Source: Eledone cirrhosa (lineage: Eukaryota). From it: a stretch of 64,000 nucleotides of DNA. Where the stretch lies: the NCBI GenBank assembly GCA_964016885.1, contig OZ024747.1, positions 93,000,001 through 93,064,000 of the forward strand. Direction: 5' to 3'. Below are positions 51,563-64,000 of this stretch, piece after piece. A model generated the notes under the pieces. That model saw nothing but the letters and a program-made list of their open reading frames with translations. It was not told where the DNA came from and did not search any database. Every line of letters starts with the position of its first letter. The stretch's first letter is position 1. A program made the translations under genes and the position numbers.

Positions 51563-54500
51563 ATTGTTATATATATACATCAGACAAAATGTTTTGCTGC
51601 ATTTGTTCTGGCTCTTTACATTCTGAGGTCAACATCACCTTTTCATCCTTCCAAGGTTGATAAAATAGTACCAGTTATGTACTTGAGTTGATGTTTTAAA
51701 GGGTCTGTTGTCGACAATTGGACTGTCAAATCCTAGGCTCTCTGTTCAAGACACCCAACCATACAATAGAGTTCAACTATATAAAGTTGTTTATTTTGTT
51801 CAAAACAGAGTAATTACAATAGTAAATATAGAATAATGTAAATGCTAAAAGGTTAAAGGATTTTCTATTGTAGCTGAAGAAACAGAGAACAGACTGACAT
51901 TTATTGCAGTATGTTAGTGATTAAATGTTTGCTAATCAATGGAATGACACTTTTCTAGACATGATCTAAAATGTTTATATGTATGCTAGTTACTCTGTCA
52001 CTGATCTGTGAATAATATACTATTGATAAGCAGAAAGATCATCAGAGGTGTGAGCTATGTGTTGTTGTTTAACCTGAAATTAGCCCAGGTTGAGCAAACC
52101 TACAATCAAAGGCACTTCTCTGGCAAGATTATAATTTAAAGGAAATTTGTCTGCTACTTCTAGCAGCTTGTGTGACCATGTAAATGTTTCTTGTGTATAA
52201 GGATTGTGTATAGTTGTAGGTTGTTTACTTGAGATTTGTAATGACTGTATTGTTGAATGAGACTAGAGTGTCATGTTACTATAAGAGGATGCTTTCAGTG
52301 TATTGGATGTGTTTGATGTGGAATGACTAGGTTGTATGGATACTTCTTGTGTCAGAAAGACCATCACAGAATGAAAGGGGCATCCTCTGCATAGAAGTGT
52401 GTGGTATCTAATGTTAAATCTGAAAATGAAAAGGTTTATGTAGAGAAAGAAAAGTAGGGGTGAAGCAAAGATGCAAATTTAAGATCTTATAAATAAGAAC
52501 AAGCATGCTACCATGTTACTTATAGTCACTAGAAAAAATCAACTCAAAAATGTTAAGAAACTTTTGACTAAAATTGTTTACTGAATGTTTTCTGAATTTT
52601 ATGAAGTTTTTAAAATTTTTTAAATATTGTTTTTGTACATTTAAAAAATTAAATTCTGCCATCCCTATCTTTCAGTCATAGGGTACCTGAAAAGCCTATA
52701 GGGCTGTTATTTTTTCTCTGACTAAACAACAGAATATAGATGTAATGAAATAAATATTATTTTACCATAGGCTATATGAAACTCACTTTTATATATGCAT
52801 TTTAACTATATAGAGATGTAATCTTCTGTTCATTTGCTTCCAGAGATGGAAGTAGGCTTTATATTTAATTTCTAATCCTACATCAATTTAAATATGTATA
52901 TCATAATATTATAAATAATTTATTTTGTGTTGAGCCGACAATATTCAAAGACATCAGATGTCTTTGTGGGAGGAGTGATGTTAAAATGTCAAGTGCCAAA
53001 GAAATAATTTTTAGGCTGTTTGCAATAAATTATATAAGAAATAAGAACTTTGTAATCCCATTTATATCATGCCAAAGTAATTCCATACATAACAAAGTAT
53101 GATACCCCCAAAATACACAAACTTACGCCCAGGAATTCAGTAGAACATGTTATGAAGTTGTGAAGTATTGTGACTTAATAACTGTAATGAAGATAATAAC
53201 AATGATGATCGTGATGATGATGATGATGGCTTCTTTATTCACTTCAAGGGCAACAGAAGATAACTTTACATTATAATACAATTATGAAGTCCATAAAACT
53301 TTTACTGCCTGATTATTTACTCATTTTATTTCCTCTTGTGCCTCATCAGGCTTGGAAGATTTGGAACTTTATCAACAGAACCAAAATGTATTGGTAAAAG
53401 CAGAAAATAATCTGTTATTAAGGCTACATATTATTTTGAATTGGCAGCTATGTATGAAACAGCTTTACTACTAGGGTTTTTATAGCAACTTCACTGAGGA
53501 TTCCTTTCTCTTGTTTTTTTAGGTTTGATTTCTTTTTATCCATCTCTATTTATTATCAATTAGTTCTTCTTTTGCTTTTAGAGTATTTTTATAGATTTCC
53601 ATGTATTTTGTTGCTGTACTTCCTACTGTTTGATGCTAGTTTAAAATCTTTCCTTCAAATAACTAATTGCATATACCACACAACTGATGCTATTGCTGCT
53701 TACCTTTTTTTTTTTTACTTTCATTTGTTTTCTGACTGGAACATTCTGAGCAAATTAAGAGTTGTTTTCTTCTTTTTTTGCTTTTTGTATTAGTTTGTAT
53801 TCATTTAGAATAATTGATTTGCATTGCCACTACTCTTTGGCCAGCCAAGTTCAAACACACAAGTAATCAAGTGATTTTTAATGAAACCACATAAAAGAAA
53901 GTACTATACATCCTTGATAAGAATCCAAAAGAAAGCAAAACTGAGTTTGTTAGTCAAATATATTTTATGGAAGAAACTGAAAGCTTATATGAAAGATTAA
54001 TAGTGCTTGAGAAACATCAATTTTTTTCAAAAGAAATATACATAGTTATCTATACAGTATATTCTTCATCATCATCATTATTATGTCAGATATTCCATGC
54101 TTAAATGAGACCTATGAAATAGGTTTTCTATATTTGGATGCCCTTCCTGATGCCAACCTATACTTTATTTTAAATATGGTATATACTGTTGACATTCATT
54201 AAACTACTAGCTGTGTGTGATATTGTTCATGGGAGACATAAATAGCTGTTGCTAATGTATTTTATGAACAATATCAATATGATGTTTGCAGCAACTGGCA
54301 TACACCCATGCATGTGACACCTATATATAAATATGTACATATAAAAACGAGAAAACGCTTCGTTAGAACAGCCATTAAAACAACATTTAGCTATTTTAAC
54401 AGCTGTTCTAGCGATGAGTTTTCTCATTTTTATATGTATTTAAATATACTTTCACTTAGTCTCAATCAGAGACAACATTCTTTTTTCATATACATATATA

Positions 54501-55221
54501 TGTTTATATATACATTGGACTTCCTTACAGTTTCTGTCTACCAAATTCACTTGCAAGGAATTGGTTGCTCCAGAACTATAATAGAAGCCACTTGCCAAAG
54601 TTGCTACACAATGGGTCTGAACCCAAAGCTACATTGTTTTGAACTTAACTACACAGCCATGCCTGTGCCTATTTTATTCTCAGAAAATTTATTAAGTTTT
54701 CATTTGTGTAATGTTAGAATTTTAAATGTTTGTGCTGCATCAATACAACAAACTATAAACATGTCCCGTATGTTAAATCAATCTACTTTAATATTAAATT
54801 ACAGAAAATATTCTGTTACACCCTAACCACTCAAAACTGTTTCAGATGCTTATCTGAGTGGCTGAAACAAGAGAAATGCTGAAGAATTTGAACCTTTCAA
54901 TGTATGCTTGTATGCAAAATGCAATATAAATTTTCTGTTAATGGATTAAATTTAATCAAAAGCAGTGATGTTTTTCTGTTTTTCTGCGTCTAAGTGAGAT
55001 GCAGTGTTTAATGAAGTGGAGTTATTGTGTAGTTTGTTATCTTGTGTAGGCAACATATAACCATATCCCTCTGGGGCTTCCTGGCCTGGCTGAAGCTTTC
55101 AAAATTTTGGAGTTGTACTTAACTGAGAAGTGACCTGATCTGAGATCATGTATTGAAATTAAAGCAATTACACCATTGAAGAGTTATTTTAGTCATTAAA
55201 AAAAAACACACAAAAAATCAA

Positions 55222-55378
55222 CCCCAGTGCATTACTGGTGCTTTATTTTATCGACCCCGTAAGGATGGAAAGCAAAGCTTATCTCGGCAGGATTTGAACT
55301 CAGAACGCAAAGGGCCATAACTCTATGCTACAAAGCATGGTGTCTGACGCTCTACTGATTCTGCCAATCCACCGCCCT
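55222..55378 (-). mobile_element. MetaSINE-type SINE
   Basis: Reverse complement of the same family. Confidence 0.85.
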
Positions 55379-56069
55379 TCTCATAATAATGATAGAAACT
55401 AATCACTACACAAAATCTAAACAAAGAAAAAAATGACAAGCTAGGGATAAAATTAGAGCATTTTTACACTAAACATAATCTAATTTTATAAAATACTTTA
55501 ATTTTAAATTTACCTTATTTTTAATTTTTTAAATTACATGTAACTTTAATTTACCTTTAGGCACATGGTAAAGGCTTCATAATTGTATTAATAAATCATT
55601 ACATGATGTGTGTGAATATATTTCAATTTTTAATTTTCTTCAAACATTCTGATAAATTATAGCATTTCATGCTATGTAAATACCTATTTCATGTGCACTT
55701 AAATTCAATTGACAATCCAATAATGTACCTAATTTTTCTTTGAAGTTCTCTACTACAATTCTGTTATTTACCCCAGCTGAATATTGACTAAAAGCTCATT
55801 ATATATAGTGGTATTTTAACAAAATTTCAATAACGTTATATTTCACTGATTTTTATCTATAAGTAGTTATTACTCAAACATACTATAATCGATTGCTATA
55901 AGAACCTTTTGTGATACTCCAAGCACCACTTTAGTTAATAAATATATAAGTTAGTTGTTTTACCATCTAAAAGCATATCTAAAATAAGTTAATATTAACC
56001 TCCACTGGTCCCATATCTATCTTATTTCTATATATTTACTGTTTCATTGTGATATAACTTCACTTAAAA

Positions 56070-56271
56070 CCCTTTAGCATTTAAACCAGCCATATCCAGC
56101 CAGAATTCTCTCACCTCTTCCTGTTCAAACCAGCCATAGCTGGCCGCTCACAATGATGTTATGGTATTGTTCTCAAAATAAATATCAAAATCTCATAGAT
56201 TTGATATGTGAGATAAAGCCTTTACCATGAAAATATAAAATTATATATAGAGTAATGTAAATGCTAAAGGG
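56070..56271. mobile_element. piggyBac-type MITE family A
   Basis: CCCTTTAGCATTT...AAATGCTAAAGGG terminal inverted repeats. Confidence 0.8.
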
Positions 56272-56849
56272 TTACGGCATGGTTGTATGGTTAAGGAGTT
56301 CAGTTTACAGTCACATGATTTGGGAAAGTGTCCTCTACTTTAGACTGAGATTGAGCAATGCCTTGTGAGTGAAATTTGATAAATGGAATCTGCAAACACC
56401 TATCATGTATGTGTATGTGTGTCTGTGTTTATGTTCTGTAACTTAACAGTTCAACAAATAGATATTCGTCAGATAAGTATCAGAATTGGAAAAATAAATA
56501 CTGGGATTGATATGATCAGCTAAATCCTTTTAAGGAGGTGCTCATCATGGACATTGTCTTATGACTGAAACCAGTAAAAAAAATACTTGTAATTTGGTAA
56601 CAAAACTTTACTACTACTTTCAATAAATCACCAAATCAGAAATTTAATAGATATTTGCTAAATGTTTACATTTACATCTATCTCACATTGGAGGTGAAAT
56701 TTGTGTTTTTCCTGTGGTTTTTGATGAATCATTAGTGATAAGGAAGGCAATTTGCTCCAAGAGAAACCATCCAGCCCATGCAAAATGGAACAATAGATGT
56801 AAAACAATAAAAAGATTTTTTTAATAATTACAAATCTTTCACAAGTCAT

Positions 56850-57175
56850 ATCATCATCACCATTTAGCATCCATTTTACCACATTAGCATGGGCTAGAAC
56901 TGTTTCTGGTTAGGTTTCTCTGGCTGGATGCCCTTTCTAATGCCAACCACATTTGCAGTGTGTGCTGGGTGCTTTTTGTCATAACTCCTATATGACCATC
57001 TTACAGTGTAGACAGGGCTTTTTGCCGTGACACTTACATGGCCACTTTACAGTGTGTGCTGGGTGCTTTTTGTCAAGACACCTACATGACCACTTTATAG
57101 TGTGCACTGGGGGCTTTTTGTTGTGACACCTACACAATCACTTTACAGTGTGGGCCAATTGCTTTTTGTTGTGTT
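56850..57175 (-). mobile_element. RTE-tailed element with ~5 tandem ~46-bp subrepeats
   Basis: TTTACAGTGTGTGCTGGGTGCTTTTTGTC..ACACCTACATGACCAC units after GGATGCCCTTTCTAATGCCAACC. Confidence 0.75.
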
Positions 57176-58979
57176 GCCATCACAACCCCTATTTATTTGT
57201 ATCATACACAATAATAATCAGCTTATGTGGCTCATGTGCCAACATGAATGTTGAAAGGAGGCTCAATATTTCAGTCATGCTGAAAATACTTTGGTCATTT
57301 ATTTCTGCTAAAACCTTAATGCATAAAATGTTTAAAATCTCTGCAATTTCAGTCACATATATCTATCTTTCCTGGTAGTGAGTGTAATTCTTTATACTCT
57401 TTGGAACAATATTTCAATGTTTATATTGAAGAAAAAATATTAAATTTGCAAGTTAATGTATGAACAAAAGTATGAACAGAAAACTTTTTACTGTATAAGT
57501 ATAAAGACTAAAATATTTAAGATTTTAATTGAAATAATGCTAAATATAATTTGACATAATCTTTAAGTGAACTGGGGATCTACTTGAAATTCATACACTA
57601 GGCATTTCTTCTATAGCTTCCATTGGAAATAACTCCTTTCTGCCTTCTTTGAATTGTTTGACCATTTGAACTAAATTACTGACATGTCTATTTGCTGTTT
57701 GCATTATGTTACCCTGTATTATAAGTGCAGGATTACAGTTAATGGCTATCCACCTGATGATAGGTGGTTCATATTAATGCCATTTCTGCTAGCCAACTAC
57801 TTACCATTTCTAGTTCAATGTCTTCCACTTACACTAACATGATGATCAGTTGCCTGTCAGTAAGATATCAGCTGCCAGTCATGTAGGAAATATTAAGATT
57901 CTTACTGCTTCTTCTTCTTTTTCAATCACTTTACTTCTAATATCTGCTAGAAGTCACCACAGTATTGTCTAATAAGAAACATTGATTCTTCTTGCTACTT
58001 CCCTCTGGTGCTGACATTTTAGGACTAGGTGTATGGGAGATAAAAGGATGTAAGGACATACTGAAAGCATGATAGCGATAGAATGTTGAGAATATTAAGC
58101 TGAAAATTATGCACTGTTTGTGATTAGTAACAACAGGATTTGGTGAAAATAAAGTGATGTCGATTTGTATAAGTTGGTGTATCTTTTAGTCAGTTGAAAG
58201 TTTTCAAAGACATGAATATATTTTCATAAGCATCAAAATATGTTGCTTTTTTCTGGTTTTATTTCTCTTTAATGTGGTTAGTTTCTTTAACATGACTATT
58301 TTATGGCTAAACATTATTTCAAATTTAAAAGCTGTCATGATTCCAAATATTTTCATTAGTATTTTGTCTGGTTTGAAAGTCAAATTTCTATACATATTCT
58401 TACTTCAATAACCTTTCTTAAATGTATTTATTTTCTTTTAATTATGAATTTTTAATCATTCACATTTCTCATGCATGTTAATAATATTAAATATTCTTTA
58501 TTAATTTCATAACTGTTTATTAATATCCAGTGAGCTTTTAAAAATGAAATAAATTACTGTTTTCCAAAACATATTACAAGTAGCTGATGGGATGAAAATC
58601 TTATTTGGAAACTTGACAATGTCAGATTTAATTAGCAGTCTTGTGGCATATTATACCAGAGTGATATTCATAGAAGTATTATTGCAATACATGCTGATTA
58701 ATACTGTAGAAAATAGAAGGCATCAACAATGTAGCACAGGCATTTAACCCTTTTATTACCTTATTTCTATGGTTTTTAATTAGTTTTGAAAATAATTAAG
58801 ATTTGGGAAGGATTTAGTTATATAACATTCACATTATTATGTACATTTGTGTGAATGTATGTCCGTAGTGTCTGTGTTTGTGCGATTATAGTTATATACA
58901 CATACATATAAATGTATGTGTATGCACATACACACCATACACATACATGTCAGCGTGTTGGAAGGTCCTAATCTCTTCA

Positions 58980-59064
<85 letters not shown>

Positions 59065-59391
59065 GGTAGTTATGGTGGTGGTGATATACTGGAAGTGTTA
59101 AAATTTGAAACCTTTAAAAGAAGTGAATCTTGAAACAAGCAATAAAATTATGTAATATTCATTATTTATTCAAAGTAATCCAACTTATTTTACTAACAGG
59201 ATCAAAAAATATAAACCTCCCTTTATTATATATAGATCCACTCATGAATACATTAGGTATCCACCATGTTAAGAGCGAAAACAAATTTGGTATTTCCTTC
59301 CATTTTAATTTTATGTGATATGACAAGTAGAGAAAAATAGACATGATGATGATGATAAACCATAAAAACAAGCAGTAAAATACTATACAGT

Positions 59392-62300
59392 TAGCAACAA
59401 CAACAACAATAATAACCACACAACACCAACAACAATAACAGCCACACAACACCAACAACAATAACAGCCACACAACACCAACAACAATAACAACCACACA
59501 ACAACAACAATAATAACCACACAACACCAACAACAATAACAACCACACAACAACAATAACCACACAACCACACAACGCCAACAACAACAACCACATAACA
59601 CCAACAACAATAATAACCACACAACACCAACAACTATAATAATAACCACACAGCACCAACAACAACCAAACAACACCAACAACCACACAACAACAACAAT
59701 AACCAACCAACAACAACAACAATAACCACACAACAACAACAATAATAACCACACAACACCAACAACAATAACAACCACACAACAATAATAACCACACAAC
59801 ACCAACAACAATAACAACCACACAACAACAATAACCACACAACCACACAACACCAACAACAATAATAACCACACAACACCAACAACTATAATAACAACCA
59901 CACAGCAACAACAATAATAACCACACAGCACCAACAACAACCACATAACACCAACAACCACACAACACCAACAATAATAACCACACAACAACAACAATAA
60001 TAACCACATAACACCAACAACAATTATAACCACACAACAACAACAACAATAACCAACCAACAACAACAACCACACAACAACAACAATAATAACCACACAA
60101 CACCAACAACAATAACAACCACACAACAACAACAATAACCACACGACACCCACAACAATAACAACCACACAACAACAATAACAACCACACAACACCAACA
60201 ACAATAATAACCACACAACACCAACGACAATAATAACCACACAACACCAACAACAATAACAACCACACAACAACAACAATAACCACACAACACCCACAAC
60301 AATAACAACCACACAACAACAATAACAACCACACAACACCAACAACAATAACAACCACACAACACCAACAACAATAATAACCACACAATAACAACCACAC
60401 AACACCAACAACAATAGCAACCACACAACAACAACAATAACCACACAACAATAACAACCACACAACAACAATAACAACCACACAACACCAACAACAATAA
60501 TAACCACACAATAACAACCACACAACACCAACAACAATAATAACCACACAACACCAACAACAATAATAACCACACAACACCAACAACAATAACAACCACA
60601 CAACAACAACAATAACCACACAACACCCACAACAATAACAACCACACAACAACAATAACAACCACACAACACCAACAACAAAAATAACCACACAACAGCA
60701 ACAACAATAACAACCACACAACACCAACAACAATAACAACCACACAACACCAACAACAATAACAACAACACCAACAACAATAATAACCACACAACAACAA
60801 TAGCAACCACACAGCAACAACAACAAAAATAACCATACAACAGCAACAACAATAACAACCATGCAACACCAACAACAATAACAACCACACAACACCAACA
60901 ACAATAATAACCACACAACAACAACAACAATAATAACCACACAACAACAACAATAATAACCACACAACACCAACAACAATAATAACCACACAACACCAAC
61001 AACAATAATAACCACACAACAACAACAACAATAATAACCACACAACAACAACAACAATAATAACCACACAACACCAACAATAATTACCACACAACAACAA
61101 AAACAACCACACAGCACCAACAACAATAACAACCACACAACACCAACAATAATAACCACACAACAACAACCACACAACACCATCAACAATAATAACCACA
61201 CAACAACAATAACAATAACAACCACACACCAACAACAATAACAACCACACACCAACAACAATAACAACCACACAACAACAACAACAATAATAACCACACA
61301 ACACCAACAACAATAACAACCACACAACACCAACCACAATAATAACCACACAACAACAATAACAACCACACAACACCAACAACAATAATAACCACACAAC
61401 ACCAACAACAATAACAACCACACAAAACCAACAACAATAACAACCACACAACAACAATAATAACCACACAACAACAATAACAACCACACAACAACAATAA
61501 CAACCACACAGCACCAACAACAATAACAACCACACAACAACAACAATAATAACCACACAACAACAACAATAACAACCACACAGCACCAACAACAATAACA
61601 ACCACACAACAACAATAATAACCACACAACAACAACAACAATAATAACAACACAACACCAACAACAATAACAACCACACAACAACAACAACAATAATAAC
61701 CACACAACAACAACAATAATAACAACACAACACCAACAACAATAATAACCACACACCAACAACAATAACAACCACACAACACCCACAACAATAATAACCA
61801 CACAGCAACAACAACAACCACCACACAACAACAATAATAACCACACAACACCAACAACAATAATTACCACACAACAACAATAACAACCACACAACACCAA
61901 CAACAATAACAACCACACAACACCAACAACAATAATAACCACACAACAACAACCACACAACACCAACAACAATAATAACCACACAACAACAATAACAATA
62001 ACAACCACACACCAACAACAATAACGACCACACAACAACAACAAGAATAATAACCACACAACAACAACAATAATAACCACACAACACCAACAACAATAAC
62101 AACCACACAACACCAACCACAATAATAACCACACAACAACAATAACAACCACACAACACCAACAACAATAATAACCACACAACACCAACAACAATAACAA
62201 CCACACAAAACCAACAACAATAACAACCACACAACAACAACAATAATAACCACACAACAACAATAATAACCACACAACAACAATAACAACCACACAGCAC

Positions 62301-64000
62301 CAACAACAATAACAACCACACAGCACCAACAACAATAACAACCACACAACAACAACAACAATAACCACACAACACCAACAACAATAATAACCACACAACA
62401 ACAACAATAACAACCACACAGCACCAACAACAATAACAACCACACAACAATAATAACAACACAACACCAACAACAATAACAACCACACAACAACAACAAC
62501 AATAATAACCACACAACAACAACAACAAGAATAACACAACAACAACAATAATAACAACACAACACCAACAACAATAATAACCACACAACACCAACAACAA
62601 TAACAACCACACAACACCCACAACAATAATAACCACACAGCAACAACAACAACCACCACACAACAACAACAACTAACAACCACACAGCACCAACAATAAC
62701 AACCACAACAACAACAACAATAATAACCACACAACACCAACAACAATAACAACCACACAACAACAACAATAACCACACAACACCCACAACAACCACACAA
62801 CACCAACAACAATAACAACCACACAACACCAACAACAATAACAACCACATAACAACAACAATAACAACCACACAACACCAACAACAATAATAACCACACA
62901 CCAACAATAACAACCACAACACCAACAACAATAACAACCACACAGCACCAACAACAATAACAACCACACAGCACCAACAACAATAACAACCACACAACAC
63001 CAACAACAATAACAACCACACAACACCAACAACAATAATAACCACACAACAACAATAACAACCACACAACAACAACAATAACCACACAACAATAACAACC
63101 ACACAACAACAACAACAATAACCACACAACACCAACAACAATAATAACCACACAACAACAACAATAACAACCACACAGCACCAACAACAATAACAACCAC
63201 ACAACAACAATAATAACCACACAACAACAACAACAACAATAATAACAACACAACACCAACAACAATAACAACCACACAACAACAACAATAATAACCACAC
63301 AACAACAACAACAATAATAACCACACAACAACAACAACAATAATAACAACACAACACCAACAACACAACACCAACAACAATAATAACCACACAACGCCAA
63401 CAACAATAACAACCACATAATAACCACACGGCAACAACAACAACCACCACACAACAACAACAACAATAACAACCACACAGCACTAACAATAACAACCACA
63501 ACAACAACAACAATAATAACCACACAACACCAACAACCATGCAACACCCACAACAATAACAACCACACAACAACAATAACAACCACACAACACCAACAAC
63601 AATAACAACCACACAACACCAACAACCACACAACACTAACAACAATAATAACCACACAATAACAACCACACAACACCAACAATAATAACCACACAACAAC
63701 AACAATAATAACCACACAACACCAACAACAATAACAACCACACAACAACAACAATAACCACACAACACCCACAACAACCACACAACACCAACAACAATAA
63801 TAACCACACAACAACAATAACAACCACACAACACCAACAACAATAACAACCACATAACAACAACAATAACAACCACACAACACCAACAACAATAACAACC
63901 ACAACACCAACAACAATAACAACCACACAGCACCAACAACAATAACAACCACACAGCACCAACAACAATAACAACCACACAGCACCAACAACAATAACAA
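59392..64000. repeat. AAC-rich minisatellite (~20-32-bp units, consensus near AACACCAACAACAATAACAACCACAC), runs off the window
   Basis: Directly visible; almost no G on the + strand. Confidence 0.97.

Noticed and set aside
53325-53355. CTGATGA..GAAA on the - strand (also CTGATGA at ~57755)
   Set aside because: No helix II or helix I pairing; chance matches.
56950-57175. CRISPR-like regularly spaced repeats
   Set aside because: Tandem ~46-bp units without unique spacers, part of an RTE-tailed element in eukaryotic DNA.
59162-64000. 1612-aa and other L/V/C/W-rich ORFs; possible Thr-rich mucin on the + strand
   Set aside because: The - strand is T/G satellite without stops, open in all three frames. 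On the + strand, unit lengths shift frame and TAA recurs.

Overview
Eukaryotic, very AT-rich, repeat-dense DNA. The repeat repertoire (MetaSINE-type and RTE-tailed tRNA SINEs, PHD-containing RTE LINEs, huge (TA)n arrays) is most consistent with an octopod/coleoid cephalopod, which is an inference. The only host gene I can support is TM9SF1 on the + strand: three internal GT-AG exons (17811-17900, 20559-20640, 33790-33894) that splice in frame. Its first exon and the next expected exon (DDLPIRGF-like) were not found. The rest is intronic or intergenic: RTE LINE copies, a Neptune-like Penelope-like element (PLE) with an inverted pseudo-LTR, a second PLE 3' end at the window start, CRE-like fragments, a decayed mariner, TTAA piggyBac-type MITEs, SINEs with clear TSDs, (TA)/(TG) arrays and a 4.6-kb AAC-rich satellite. 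The most interesting signal is a set of minimal type-I hammerhead ribozyme (HHR) motifs from several unrelated PLE-type families, plus a series of 120-200 bp fold-back palindromes built from PLE 3' ends. One palindrome is centred on what looks like HHR helix II. These palindromes repeat in miniature the inverted-arm plus one-sided-tail layout of the 3.3-kb PLE, which suggests snap-back priming at RNA/DNA hairpins makes palindromic mini-retroelements. All long ORFs in the ORF track other than the RTE and PLE ones are simple-repeat artefacts. All alignments and folds were done by eye.
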